A stretch of 64,000 bases of DNA from a virus (taxonomy: Duplodnaviria > Caudoviricetes), in IMG/VR virus record IMGVR_UViG_2906976556_000001, positions 1 through 64,000 of that record; one strand, written 5' to 3'. The notes under the pieces are model-generated. The model ran no database searches. It saw only the letters and a program-made list of their open reading frames with translations, and was not told where the DNA came from. Positions 17,247-27,939 of the stretch are shown piece by piece; within the stretch, counting starts at the first letter, position 1; the number at the start of each line of letters is the position of its first letter. Both the position numbers and the translations under genes were made by a program.

Positions 17247-18899
17247 TTACATGATTCCGAGTTCGGTTGTGATGGAGAAGATTTCCTGGATGGCCTCGTA
17301 CAGCTCCATCACCGGATCAGTGGGGATGCGCTGGCCGATCGTGATGTCCCACGTCGGCGCTGTGGAGCGGTCCCACGCGAGGGTGAGTTCCGAGACCTGC
17401 TCGACGTAGACGACGCCGGGCGGCATGCCGATGATGTTGAATCCGACACGGTCGCCGAGGAAGAAGTCGCCGCCGCCGTAGTCGCCGACCGTCCACGGCG
17501 CCGAGTCCGCCACCTTCAACGTGCAGGTCCGGACCTCGCGGGTCTTCCACATCTGTGCGCGCTGCGCGATCAGATACCCGAGGGTGTACGCCTTGTCGGC
17601 GCCCTCAGCGAACTCCTCGTGATAGTGCGCACCACCCGCACGCCGGGCACGATTCGAGTTCTTGATCTTCCCGAACGCCAGGAAAACATCGGTGTACAGC
17701 GGCTTCAGTAGTGCGTCTGCGATACCGCCGAGCGGCGGAACGCCTGGGATCATTGCGGTGAGGTCGCCGATCATCTGCACCGTCGCCGAGATCAACTCGT
17801 TGACGCCGGGCATCGAATGCCCGCCGGCGACAGACCCGACCGGGCCCGACGGCTTCTGCGAGTACTCGGACGACTGGATGCCGGACATCTCCGACTCCCA
17901 GAACACGACACCCGGGTTCGCCGGTGTCGTGCCGCGCACCTGCGGCGCAGGGTAGATGCCGGGAATGTTGGGGTCGTCGACCTGCTCCACCGTCTCGGTG
18001 ATGCCGTCGCCGTGAATGTTCAGAAACTCTTTGATGATCCCGGCGAACAGGTTGCCCTGAAACGCTGTGCCCGTGTTGAATCCGGACTTGTCGACGAGAT
18101 CCCACACCAGGCAGCCGTAGCGCAGGTTCGCGCCCTCCCACGGCGGTGGATCACCCGGCAGATAGCGGCGGCACACCCACGACAGCTGCGAGTCGGCGAC
18201 GATTTTCTTGCCGGTGTCGAACATCGTCTTCATCCGCGAATGCACGATCGCGGGCAGCGAATTGTCGATATCGCCCGGCATAGACGGTTTGACAACGTTC
18301 CACCAGGTCGACTGGTTGAAGTTGTTCCACTGCGACTTGTCGAGCGGATTGTCGGGCAGCGTCCACAGCGACGATTCGAGCCGCATGATCGTGCACAGCA
18401 GCGTCGTCTTCAGCGCCCACTTCGCCTTGCCGAAGCACAGCCATAGGCGGGGGAACTGAATCTCCGGCGGCAGGAACGGATTCGGGTACACCACCATGTG
18501 GGCGAGCTGTTGCAGGTCGTGCTTGAACAGCAGTCGGACGAACCGGCGGCCCGAGTCATCCTTGATGATCTTGAGCTCGTCCATCTTGCCGGTCCAGCGG
18601 GCGCCGTCCTTCTCCATCCGGACGTGCACGTCGGAGGTGGCGCGGCCGTCGACGTTGATGGCCCACTCGGACAGGTAGTAGTCCAGCGGCATTTCGAGCG
18701 AGGCCGACCCGACCTCGTTGTCGATGAACTGGAACGACGCCGAGTTGATCTGTCCGCAGATTCCGACGGAATTCCAGTCGCCGTCGTACAACTCGACCTC
18801 GGGAGGGAGCCGACGGCGGTCGGCCTCCTCTTTGAGCATGTCTTCGATCTGCTGGTTGAACTTCTCGAAGTCGATCTTGTCGGCGACGGGAGCAGTCAC
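17247..18899 (-). CDS. Minor tail (baseplate hub) protein
   Basis: LYDGDW, RWTG, NPFLPPEIQFPR, FFLGDRVG typical of actinophage minor tail. Confidence 0.85.
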   Translation of the reverse strand: MTAPVADKIDFEKFNQQIEDMLKEEADRRRLPPEVELYDGDWNSVGICGQINSASFQFIDNEVGSASLEMPLDYYLSEWAINVDGRATSDVHVRMEKDGARWTGKMDELKIIKDDSGRRFVRLLFKHDLQQLAHMVVYPNPFLPPEIQFPRLWLCFGKAKWALKTTLLCTIMRLESSLWTLPDNPLDKSQWNNFNQSTWWNVVKPSMPGDIDNSLPAIVHSRMKTMFDTGKKIVADSQLSWVCRRYLPGDPPPWEGANLRYGCLVWDLVDKSGFNTGTAFQGNLFAGIIKEFLNIHGDGITETVEQVDDPNIPGIYPAPQVRGTTPANPGVVFWESEMSGIQSSEYSQKPSGPVGSVAGGHSMPGVNELISATVQMIGDLTAMIPGVPPLGGIADALLKPLYTDVFLAFGKIKNSNRARRAGGAHYHEEFAEGADKAYTLGYLIAQRAQMWKTREVRTCTLKVADSAPWTVGDYGGGDFFLGDRVGFNIIGMPPGVVYVEQVSELTLAWDRSTAPTWDITIGQRIPTDPVMELYEAIQEIFSITTELGIM

Positions 18900-18909
18900 A
18901 GTTCCTCCC

Positions 18910-19863
18910 TCACGCTTGCATGCCCCAGGGGCGTGGCCAGGAGCTGGTCATTCGCAGTTGAATCGACGCTCCCGCAGCGGCTTTCGACATCGACACCGGC
19001 AGTTCGATGCGCTCGGTGTAGGCGGGAACGGAGTAGAGGAAGCGGACCATTTTCATCCGTTGCCGGTATGACTGGTCGAACGACTGATAGCCGCCGAGAC
19101 GGGCATCGGGCCGTGTGTCGACTCGCACCGAGTAGGTGGCGTCCGGGATTCCCGGCGGCCCGCCGGGTAATACTTCGGCCATCACGATCTTGCGGGTCGC
19201 GAATTCCTTCGCCGCATCGAAGTAGCCGTTGGTCCCGAACTTGTTGTGCCGCTTGTCGCCCCACGAATAGTCGGGGAGGCGGGGAATGCCCGGGTCCATG
19301 AGCAGCCACTTCGGGTAGATCTCGTGTGGGGTGGAGTTCTCCATCCACACCGACCCGATCTCGAAGTCACCCGCAGCAGTGACCCGAGTCGATGACCACT
19401 CGTCGGTGTAGTCGTCCTCGTACCACCACGGATCCATCGCGATGCACTTGAGCTTCACCGTCTCGACCTGCACCTGATTGGGGTCGTACTCGATGTCGTA
19501 GGTGAATTCGAGCGGCCGGATCTTCAGATGCCGGCGCGACGACTCGGTCTCGATCCACAGCTTCGAGTCCTCGAAATGGCTCCACATCTTCCGGAACTCG
19601 GAGTCGTTCTCCTGCCACGGCTGGCCGTTCGTCGAATCGATGACGACACCGAACTCCAACGGCCGCTCCAGCACTCGCGCACCGAAGAACGTCGAGCCCT
19701 CCTGGAACGCGTGAGAACCGCGCAGCACCTCGACGGGGACGTCCATGAACCCGGTCATCCCCGTCGCCAGGTACGTTGCAGACTCGTCAGACCCCTCGCC
19801 GGACAGCGTCACCATGCGGCCGTTGACCCCTTCGAGCTCGACCTGGGTTACGTGCCGCTTCAT
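18910..19863 (-). CDS. Distal tail / minor tail protein
   Basis: First gene after TMP; DPWW, W.RPWG motifs. Confidence 0.8.
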   Translation of the reverse strand: MKRHVTQVELEGVNGRMVTLSGEGSDESATYLATGMTGFMDVPVEVLRGSHAFQEGSTFFGARVLERPLEFGVVIDSTNGQPWQENDSEFRKMWSHFEDSKLWIETESSRRHLKIRPLEFTYDIEYDPNQVQVETVKLKCIAMDPWWYEDDYTDEWSSTRVTAAGDFEIGSVWMENSTPHEIYPKWLLMDPGIPRLPDYSWGDKRHNKFGTNGYFDAAKEFATRKIVMAEVLPGGPPGIPDATYSVRVDTRPDARLGGYQSFDQSYRQRMKMVRFLYSVPAYTERIELPVSMSKAAAGASIQLRMTSSWPRPWGMQA

Positions 19864-22800
19864 GAGCGCTTCTTGAACGACAGCGAGCGGACATTCACTT
19901 CACTGCGCCACGCCCGGATGCCCTGATCGACTGAGTCGGTTTGGAACACCACGGTGGGCTGGCGGGCAGCCTTGGCCATCTCGTCGATGCGAGCCTCCAT
20001 CTTCGATGTGTCCACAGTCGCCACACCGCCGGCCTGGTTGTTGGCGCGGACAGCTGCGATCTCGCGCATCTGCCGATCCCGTTGCGACGCAGTGGTGACC
20101 CACTCGTCTTCGCCGGACAGGTTGAGCGCCGCATGCCCGTGTGGCAGCCGACCGCCGGTGTCACGCAGCAACATCGGGGTCTTGCGCTGCGAATCGAGCA
20201 GGTCGGCGAGCTTCTGTTCCCACGGTCGTTCCGCGAGGGACTTGTTCTCGAGGAAGGTGGTGACCGCGGGATGGTCCTCTTCGACACCGAACGTGCTGCG
20301 GGTGTTCTGGTCGAAGTTGCCGGTGAACAGCGACCGCGACCCGAGAGCTGTGACGACCAGCGGGTTGTCCTCGGTGAGGCCCATCGCCGTCAGGCTCGGG
20401 TCGTACTTTCCGTTCTCGACGAGGTTCTGCAGGCCGCCGGCGGCCGGACCGAACAGGCTCTCCACCCATCCGGACGCGCCGACCGGAACGAGCTCTCTAG
20501 ACTTGTCGCCCGTCGACGACTTCCTTTTGGCGGCCTCCGCTTCGGCGCCGAAGGTGGGGACCTTCAGGTCCCACCAGCGAGACTCGCCGATACCGAACGG
20601 CAACTGTTCGAACAGGGCGTCGACGAGGATGCTGGACACCTGCGAGCCGAAGTCCTTCAGGCGTTCCTTGACGGAGAATCCCTCGCCGCTGCCGCCGGAC
20701 GAAGTCGACGACCCGCCGGTGGCCTCCTTCTCCTGCTCCTCCTTCAGCGCGTTGCGGGCCGACGCCAACGCGAGATCGGCCTCGGTGCGGTCGTTCTCGG
20801 TCGCTTCGGGGTCGGCGTACACCTCGTTGCGCTTCGCATTGGCCTGATCGACCGCGAGCTGCGCCCGCATCAGCGAGATCTCTTCGTCGGTGAAGTTCTT
20901 CGCGAGATCCGGTGCTTGCGGTGCCGGGCCCTCGACCGCACCCGACGCGGCAGCGTCCTTCTTGGCCTGCAGATCGATGACCTTCTGCTTCGCGGCCTTG
21001 ACCTTTAGATCGGCCTGCTCGCGGTCAGCCTGCGACTTCTTCTCGTTCGCGTAGATCTTGTCGCGGGCTTCCTGCGCCTGGGTGACAGCGACCTGGGCCC
21101 TGTCCAGCGCGATCTGGTCCTTCTCCGCCCACGTCACCTTCTTCGTCGACGACGAACTCGTGGACAGCGACGTCGACGAGTCCCGCGAGTCGAGGGCGGC
21201 GATGATCGACTCCGCTTCACCGGCACGCTCCCGGTAGTTCGAGCCGTCGGAGAACGCGGACTGCTGCACCCGTTGTGCCGCGTCAGCCGGGTCCATCGAG
21301 TCGTAGTCGAACTCGACGAGACGGTCGTAGAATTTCCCGGCCGCGATGGTCGGGTCCATCCGCTCCTCGTACGAGCCCCACCATTCCTGCTGCTGGAACG
21401 GGCCGGTCGACGTGTCAGGTCCGCCCTCGACGAGCGACAGGTCCGACTCGGCGAGTCCGGTCATGACGGCGGCCTTGATGCCGTTGTCGGTGATGCCGCG
21501 ACGCCGGCCTTCGGCGATGATCGCGTCGGCGATCGCGTCCCGCTCGGACAGCGGCGCTACCTCAGTCTCGGGTTCGTCGCCGGGGTCGACCAGAACGTGG
21601 TCGGTGGCGATGTGCACGTGGTTGGTGTGGTCGCCTGCGCCGTCGTAGAACGAGTCGTCGACGAACTCGCCGTCCTTGATCTCGCGGCCGAAGCGTGGGT
21701 CGTCGTAGATCAGCTCTTTCAGCTCGGATCCGAACTTGCTGGCCATCAGCGTCGCGAGTCCCAGCTGGGCGTCGGTGTTTCCGAAGCCGTTCGAGAAGTC
21801 CGCTGCCATCCCCATGCTGTGGTACGAACCGGTCTCGCCCTCGCGGCCTATGTAGCCGGACGTCATCTTCAGGGCCGGGAACTTCTGTCCGACATACGCG
21901 GTCAGGCTGTCGACGATCGCGCCGCCACCCGCATAGCCGCGGACCTCGCCGCGCGCCAAAGCGTCCCGGAACCGGTAGACGCCTTCCTGCCCGCCGAGAC
22001 GGTTGACGTCGTCGACGGTGAGCATGTGCTCGCCCGGCATCGCCAGGATCGGCACCGAGTCCTTGCCGGGCACGCCGCCGGTGATTGGCCCGCCAGTTGC
22101 GAAAGTCTGACCGCGAACTGCCACGCCCGATCTGACTGCCGCGTCGAGTCGTCGATCGACTTCTTCGATGTTGTTGAGGACTACGTCGATGGACACTGTG
22201 CGGTTACGCGCCGTGTTGTTGGCGGCGAGGTCGATGTCTCGGAGCTGACGCAGTGCGTCGTCGGTGGGTGCTGTGATCCGGACGATGCCGGGCTTGCCGT
22301 TGATGTCCGTTTCGACGGTGCCACCGAGGTCTTTGATCTTTTGGAGAGCCTCCGCGTCGAGGACGTCGACGGGGACGTCGACGGGCTGGCCGACGCCCTT
22401 GAGCATGCTCGAGATTACGGTGAGTTGCTGGGTCACATCGTCGGCCCCGGACAGGCTGGCCAGCATGATGATCTGCTCGGGCAGCAAACCTTCAGCAGCC
22501 GCCATCGCTTCGATCTGCGTCTTCGTGAGCTGGTAGTTGTTGCCAAGCCCAAGTAGTGCGTCAGCGTTTGAAGCAATCGCTGCGCGCGCGGCTTCTTGCG
22601 CCTCTGGCAAGCTCTTGCCCTGCGCTAGCGACGCAGTGATCGTGGCGTTGGTGACCTCGATCGTGCGGTCACGGATCTCCGTCAGCGAATCACGCAGAGC
22701 AGAACCGTTCGCGAGCTGAGTGTTGACGGCGCCGTTTTCGCCTACGAGCGCATCACCGACACCGCCGGCCGGGTCAACCCCAGCTGGCTGTTCCTCGCCG

Positions 22801-25259
22801 AGTTGCCTGATAGTGTCGTTGTAGGCCTGAACAGCGTCGGAGAGTGGAATCTCGTTGCCTAGGAACACATCCAGGGCAGTCTTGAGTGCGCTGACCCGAT
22901 CGTCTGCGGAGGCTGCCTCGTCGCCGAGGGTGGCGATCGCGGCCTTCATGTCGAAGAAGCCGGGAGTGGTGTTCTTCGCGGTCTGTTCCGCCCGCTGAGC
23001 TTCCTCTCGAAGGAGGCGCATCTTGTCGGCCGCTTCTGCGCCGCCCTCGCCGGAATTACGAAGTACTGCCTCGAAGGTCGCGAACTCCGTATTGGAAGCT
23101 GTCAGCTTCGAAGCAAGCTCTTCGTTCGACAGGCCGAGGTCGTCGAAAGCCTGCTTAACGCGGGCAGCGGATTCGGCTGTTTCTTCCTGCTTGTTGTAAG
23201 CCTCGGTACCTGCCTGCGCGACACCGGAGAACCAACCGATGACGTCCTCGTAGCCAGCCCGAAAAATGCCGAACGAGCCGGGCGCCGTGTCGGCCAGCTC
23301 GCCGAGTTCGCCACGAACGGTGTCGATCTGTACTGCGAGGGCCGACATAACCGTGTCGGAGATCTCGCCATTCGACTCCTGGAATGCTTTTGCGACATCG
23401 CGTTGCGCAACTGCGAGGTTGGTCGAGGAATCCTGGAGCACCTGTGCCTGCTGGCTCGCCTTCGCGTTCTCGGAGGAGAACTGGCCGACAATCGCAGTCG
23501 CAGCCATGATGCCGACCATCCACGGCCCACCCAGGACGCCGACAACACCCTTCGTTGCAGATACGAGTCCGTTAGCACCTGCCACAGCGGCGCCGCCAAC
23601 GACTCCACCGAACCTGGCAGCCTGCGCAGCACCGTTACGGAGTGCGCCAGTCACAGCGCCGGAGGTGGTGGCCAGGTTCCGCTGACGGTCAGCGAACCTC
23701 TGCGTTGCGGTGGTGACACCGCGGTAACCGTCGGCCATCTGGCGGATCGCCGGGTGGCGGCGTTCGAGCGTCGCCAAACCTGCAGCGAGCTCGGACAGCG
23801 GCTCGGCGTTCTCCTCAAGCGCACCAGCCAGCTCGTCGGCGCCACCCGTGAGTTCGGTGAACGGATCGTTTTCGCCGATGCTGCCGAGGGCGGCCTGCAT
23901 GTCGATCTCGCCCTGCATTTCCTCGCGGAAACTCTGAAAGTTCTCGGTGATGTCCTGGAACCAGCTGCCGATCTTGTCGGCTCCACCGGTGACCTGCAGT
24001 GCAGCGAGAGCACCGGCGACGGCCTGCACCGGGGCAGGGAGGTCGAGGAACGCGCCGACAGCGTCGCCGACGAATCCAGCGACCGGGGCGAGCATCTGAC
24101 CGAATTCGACGGCCGCTCCGCCAGCATCCTGAAGACCGGAGATGATGCCAGGCGTGACGGCCGAAATTTTGTCAGCGGCCGCGGTCGCGAAGCCTTCGAG
24201 CGGGCCCTCGATCAGCCCGTACAGGCCGAGTGTGAGTGTCTCGGTGGCGTTTTCGATCGACGCCATCGCACCCGGAAGGCCCTGCGTCTTCGCAGCAGCG
24301 ACCTCGGCGGCCGCGCCCTGCCGTTCGATCGCCGTATGCATGGCGTCGTACCCGGCCTGGCCCTGCTCGGCCGCGACACCGGCGAGACGCATAGCGTCCG
24401 AACCGAACAGAGTCGCCGTCGCCGCTTGATATAATTCAGGTGTCATGCTGGCCGCGGCCTCATCGAGCTGGCCGAACAAACTCGACATGCCGACGAACTG
24501 GCCCTCGGCGTCGTAAATCGTCAGACCGAGCTCTTCGATCGCCGCCTGCGCGGGCTTGCCCTGGTCTGTCACCGCGAGAAGCGCGGACTTCAGCAAGGTA
24601 CCGGCGTCGGAACCCGAGATACCGGCGTTCGACAGCACACCGAGGGCAGCCGCAGTGTCTTCGACCGTCAGGCCGAACTGGTTCGCGACGGCACCGGACT
24701 GCTGCAAACCTGCAGCGATGTCGGTGATCTCAGCTGAGGAAGCGTTCGCGGCGTTCGCGAGCACATCGGCCGCAGTCGCCGCATACGAGGCGTCCAACCC
24801 GAATGCCTGCAGTGCCTGCGACTGAATCGTCGCCGCGGTACCGGCGTCGATCTGCGCAGCAGCAGCGAGCTGCAGCGTTCCACGCGCAGCCTCCATCGAC
24901 TGCTCGACCGTGAAACCACCCTTGGCGAGCTCAGTCATCGCGGCCGCCGCATCGGACGCCGACGTCGCAGACAGCTGATTGTCGTTGCCGAGTTCCTTGG
25001 CCCGCTCCGACACGGCGGCCATCTGCTGTGCCGTCGCCGACGACACCGCCTGCATCGTGTTCAGCTCGTTCGTAAAGTCGTTGCCGGTCTTGATGACCTC
25101 ACCGAACGCTGCGGTGACACCACCGGCGAGGATGCCGGCGCCCATGATCTTGCCGAAGGTGCCCGCTACGCCGACTGCACGGCCGAGTCCACGCTCGAGG
25201 TCTCCTGCAACACGGCTGACGTCAGCCGCCACCTCAATATCTATGCGGCCACCAGCCAA
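19860..25259 (-). CDS. Tape measure protein with C-terminal peptidoglycan-hydrolase-like domains
   Basis: About 1800 aa, Ala-rich, AGISGSDAGTLL core; YH..G.AADF...H..HVH and AES...GPFQQ motifs; TTG start with RBS. Confidence 0.9.
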   Translation of the reverse strand: MAGGRIDIEVAADVSRVAGDLERGLGRAVGVAGTFGKIMGAGILAGGVTAAFGEVIKTGNDFTNELNTMQAVSSATAQQMAAVSERAKELGNDNQLSATSASDAAAAMTELAKGGFTVEQSMEAARGTLQLAAAAQIDAGTAATIQSQALQAFGLDASYAATAADVLANAANASSAEITDIAAGLQQSGAVANQFGLTVEDTAAALGVLSNAGISGSDAGTLLKSALLAVTDQGKPAQAAIEELGLTIYDAEGQFVGMSSLFGQLDEAAASMTPELYQAATATLFGSDAMRLAGVAAEQGQAGYDAMHTAIERQGAAAEVAAAKTQGLPGAMASIENATETLTLGLYGLIEGPLEGFATAAADKISAVTPGIISGLQDAGGAAVEFGQMLAPVAGFVGDAVGAFLDLPAPVQAVAGALAALQVTGGADKIGSWFQDITENFQSFREEMQGEIDMQAALGSIGENDPFTELTGGADELAGALEENAEPLSELAAGLATLERRHPAIRQMADGYRGVTTATQRFADRQRNLATTSGAVTGALRNGAAQAARFGGVVGGAAVAGANGLVSATKGVVGVLGGPWMVGIMAATAIVGQFSSENAKASQQAQVLQDSSTNLAVAQRDVAKAFQESNGEISDTVMSALAVQIDTVRGELGELADTAPGSFGIFRAGYEDVIGWFSGVAQAGTEAYNKQEETAESAARVKQAFDDLGLSNEELASKLTASNTEFATFEAVLRNSGEGGAEAADKMRLLREEAQRAEQTAKNTTPGFFDMKAAIATLGDEAASADDRVSALKTALDVFLGNEIPLSDAVQAYNDTIRQLGEEQPAGVDPAGGVGDALVGENGAVNTQLANGSALRDSLTEIRDRTIEVTNATITASLAQGKSLPEAQEAARAAIASNADALLGLGNNYQLTKTQIEAMAAAEGLLPEQIIMLASLSGADDVTQQLTVISSMLKGVGQPVDVPVDVLDAEALQKIKDLGGTVETDINGKPGIVRITAPTDDALRQLRDIDLAANNTARNRTVSIDVVLNNIEEVDRRLDAAVRSGVAVRGQTFATGGPITGGVPGKDSVPILAMPGEHMLTVDDVNRLGGQEGVYRFRDALARGEVRGYAGGGAIVDSLTAYVGQKFPALKMTSGYIGREGETGSYHSMGMAADFSNGFGNTDAQLGLATLMASKFGSELKELIYDDPRFGREIKDGEFVDDSFYDGAGDHTNHVHIATDHVLVDPGDEPETEVAPLSERDAIADAIIAEGRRRGITDNGIKAAVMTGLAESDLSLVEGGPDTSTGPFQQQEWWGSYEERMDPTIAAGKFYDRLVEFDYDSMDPADAAQRVQQSAFSDGSNYRERAGEAESIIAALDSRDSSTSLSTSSSSTKKVTWAEKDQIALDRAQVAVTQAQEARDKIYANEKKSQADREQADLKVKAAKQKVIDLQAKKDAAASGAVEGPAPQAPDLAKNFTDEEISLMRAQLAVDQANAKRNEVYADPEATENDRTEADLALASARNALKEEQEKEATGGSSTSSGGSGEGFSVKERLKDFGSQVSSILVDALFEQLPFGIGESRWWDLKVPTFGAEAEAAKRKSSTGDKSRELVPVGASGWVESLFGPAAGGLQNLVENGKYDPSLTAMGLTEDNPLVVTALGSRSLFTGNFDQNTRSTFGVEEDHPAVTTFLENKSLAERPWEQKLADLLDSQRKTPMLLRDTGGRLPHGHAALNLSGEDEWVTTASQRDRQMREIAAVRANNQAGGVATVDTSKMEARIDEMAKAARQPTVVFQTDSVDQGIRAWRSEVNVRSLSFKKRS

Positions 25260-25335
25260 GGCGCACCCCCTATGAGCGTTTCTTCCGCCTATGAACGGAG
25301 TTGTTCGTGGGAAAAATGTCTGGTATTCACAAGCG

Positions 25336-25626
25336 ATGGACACCAGAAAGAAGCTCGTATTTGCCGCCGTCGCCGTGGTAGTTGCTGTCCTGGCAGTGGC
25401 GGGCTTCTTAGGAATCAGGCATGAGAACGACAAGGCCGCCGAGCAAGCGCGTCTTGTCACCCAGTCGTGCGAAAAGAGCGCTCGACAACAGAGCTATTCG
25501 TCGGCGGCATTGACCCGGAACGTCGAAACAGACTCCAACCTCGTCGTAACCGGCGAAGTTAGTGAGGGCCCGTTCTGGTATGCCTTTACCTGCGATACGA
25601 GCACGATTGCTGAGCTTCAGCGTTAG
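25336..25626 (+). CDS. Small membrane-anchored protein inserted antisense in the tail operon
   Basis: N-terminal TM, two Cys, lower GC. Confidence 0.65.
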   Translation: MDTRKKLVFAAVAVVVAVLAVAGFLGIRHENDKAAEQARLVTQSCEKSARQQSYSSAALTRNVETDSNLVVTGEVSEGPFWYAFTCDTSTIAELQR

Positions 25627-26470
25627 CCGAATTGCCAGCCGCCGATGAGGTCCTTCAGCTTCGGTTTGGTGGGTTGCTCCGCCTTGGGCGCGTATTTCGC
25701 CGACTCGTCCCGGTGTCGCTGCAGCAGAGCTGCGGTGATGTCGGGATGGCGTTGCGCCACAGGTGGAATGAGCGGCCGCGGTGAAGGCTTCACCTTCTTG
25801 AACCGTTCCCGCTCGGCCTTGACTTCGGGGTCGTCTGGATCGGTGACCCAGGATCGATACTCGGATGTCAGCCAGTAGTCCTTGCGGTCGACCAGCATCG
25901 CGAGGTTTTCCGAGTCGCGGGCCTCCTGGTCGAGGACTTCCAGCGCGTGGTTGAGCAAAGCAATGAAGTCCTCGCGGCGCAGCTTGAGAGCCTGCCGAAG
26001 GTCTAGGTGGTGGATCCTCTGGAAGATCGCGTAGCAAGCGCCCCAGCCATCCGCCGAGCAGAGGTAGGCAAGAGCGCCACGGCTTCCCCCTCGACGAGAG
26101 TGGAGAGCTGCGCGATTTTGTTGACAACCTTGACGCCCTGCTCGATCGAGAGTTTGTCAATCTCCGTTGCGAGCGCTCTGGCGTCGTCCCCGACCACCAG
26201 TTCGAGTGCCTGCAGGATCTCGTTGCGGCGCAGGTGCTCGCTGAACTTGAGGTCCTCTTCGGCGCTGTACGTCCGCCGGATGGTGGCGTGCACACCGAAG
26301 AGGCTCACGGGCAGTGGTTCCTGCTCGGTGGTGCCGAGAGCGTCGAGCAGGTCGAACGCATCCGGATTCTCGACCGGCTCCGCCGCAGGTTCCGTCGCGG
26401 GAACCGTGCGGGGAGCGGCCTTCTTCGCCGCCGTCTTACGGGCAGCGGACTTACGTTGGGTGCCTGGCAT
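25623..26470 (-). CDS. Tail assembly chaperone: short form 26003-26470, long form via -1 frameshift to 25623
   Basis: GGGGGAA slippery site at 26084-26090; the -1 frame stays open into ORF 25623-25958. Confidence 0.85.
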
Positions 26471-26487
26471 GGGTGTCGCCTCTCAGA

Positions 26488-27051
26488 TCAAGCGAGGGGA
26501 TTGGAATCGGACAGCGGAATCACCGGCGCGAGAGCGAGCAGCTCCATGTCGAAGCCGTCGATCTTGTCGCCGCCGAGCGAACGCGGCGGCGGGGTGAACA
26601 GGGTGGCGCGCTCGCAGTAAAGGGCATGCGAGTCGTCCTCGTCCTCCAAGACGAGCAGGATCGCGAACTCTTCCGAGTCGCCGAGGTTCCACTTCCACAC
26701 ACCCGAACCCGTGGTCGTCTCGGTGATCGAACCGCCCTGCAGCAGGGTGGTGATCGTCGCCTTCGAATAGTCGACAGGCTTCAGCTTCAGCCGGTCGCTG
26801 CGAGGCGAGCGTGCGATCTTGTACGAGGACTGCCGGTAGTTCCAGATCGGCAGTTCCTTCGTGTCCTGGCTGGGGTTCTGCTCGAACCCGGCCTCGATGC
26901 CGCCGAACGCATCCCACACGACCGGGGTGCCGGTGCCGGACGAAGGTGCTTCACCGAACGGGTTCGTCGGAATCGGGGTGCCGGCAGGGGCACGGAACGC
27001 GTTGCCGTCCTGCCAGACATAGGCCTTCTCCGGATTTGCGTATGTACTCAC
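26488..27051 (-). CDS. Major tail protein
   Basis: ANPEKAYVW.DG..FRAPAGT; position before the chaperone. Confidence 0.85.
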   Translation of the reverse strand: MSTYANPEKAYVWQDGNAFRAPAGTPIPTNPFGEAPSSGTGTPVVWDAFGGIEAGFEQNPSQDTKELPIWNYRQSSYKIARSPRSDRLKLKPVDYSKATITTLLQGGSITETTTGSGVWKWNLGDSEEFAILLVLEDEDDSHALYCERATLFTPPPRSLGGDKIDGFDMELLALAPVIPLSDSNPLA

Positions 27052-27160
27052 GGATTCTCCTTCTGAGGTGAGCTCACGACCGTGAGCATTGGAAGTCCCA
27101 CCTCGGACGTGCCAGGCGAGCACCCGAGGTGGGACAGTTGAGACGCCCGAATAGGGCGAG

Positions 27161-27607
27161 TTAGCGGACGGTGAACTTCATTTCGAACCGGCAGATCGCA
27201 CGGAACAGGGGAAGATCGGGTCCGCGTTCCGTGTCGACGTCGGTGATCGGGCCTTCGTCCCACGTCGCCCGCCACGACGACTGGGTGTCACGGAACCGCT
27301 GAATCCTCGCCTTGTGGACAAGCCGCCCCGACAGGTCGGCGATGTTCCAAGCGAGCTCGTCGGGGGCGATGTCGCCGCCGAGGATTTCCCACTTCGGCAC
27401 CCACACATCGAGCTGCACCAACGGTTTCCGCAGCATCGGGTCCTGCCCGAAATTGGAGACCGCAGCCAACGTGACGAACGGGCCGGTGATCTTGTCGGGG
27501 ATGTCGGACGTCGACACCGACTCGACGGGCACCTGGTTCGTGAACTCGGGCTGCCCGATCAGGAAGTCGCGGAGCGCGGCAGGCGCGTACGGGGTCACCG
27601 TGGTCAC
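27161..27607 (-). CDS. Tail terminator
   Basis: VQLDVW motif; synteny. Confidence 0.65.
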   Translation of the reverse strand: MTTVTPYAPAALRDFLIGQPEFTNQVPVESVSTSDIPDKITGPFVTLAAVSNFGQDPMLRKPLVQLDVWVPKWEILGGDIAPDELAWNIADLSGRLVHKARIQRFRDTQSSWRATWDEGPITDVDTERGPDLPLFRAICRFEMKFTVR

Positions 27608-27939
27608 GAGCGTCGCCTAGCCCTTCGGCCGCCAGCACCCCGAGGCTGAAAGCCGGTGTATTTGCCGTGCTTTCGTGCCGCGTTCGTCAACGACGCCGCA
27701 CCCCGAGACTTCGACGTCCCGTACTCCTTGTAGAAACCGAGCGGGTCGTCGTTCACCGCGAACACCCGGTCGCCTTCGACGACGACGTGCGAGTTGTTCG
27801 CGAACTGACCGGACCTGCGGGGGGCCGTGCCACGGAACTCCTGCGCAATCTGAATGGCGATTTCCTCGCGCTTCGGTGTGGACGCTTCGCGGGCCTCCCG
27901 CTCCGACTGCCTGCGGAAGACCCGGACCCTGGCGACCAT
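27604..27939 (-). CDS. HK97 gp10-like tail completion protein
   Basis: AP.RSG and EYGTS motifs. Confidence 0.7.
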   Translation of the reverse strand: MVARVRVFRRQSEREAREASTPKREEIAIQIAQEFRGTAPRRSGQFANNSHVVVEGDRVFAVNDDPLGFYKEYGTSKSRGAASLTNAARKHGKYTGFQPRGAGGRRARRRS

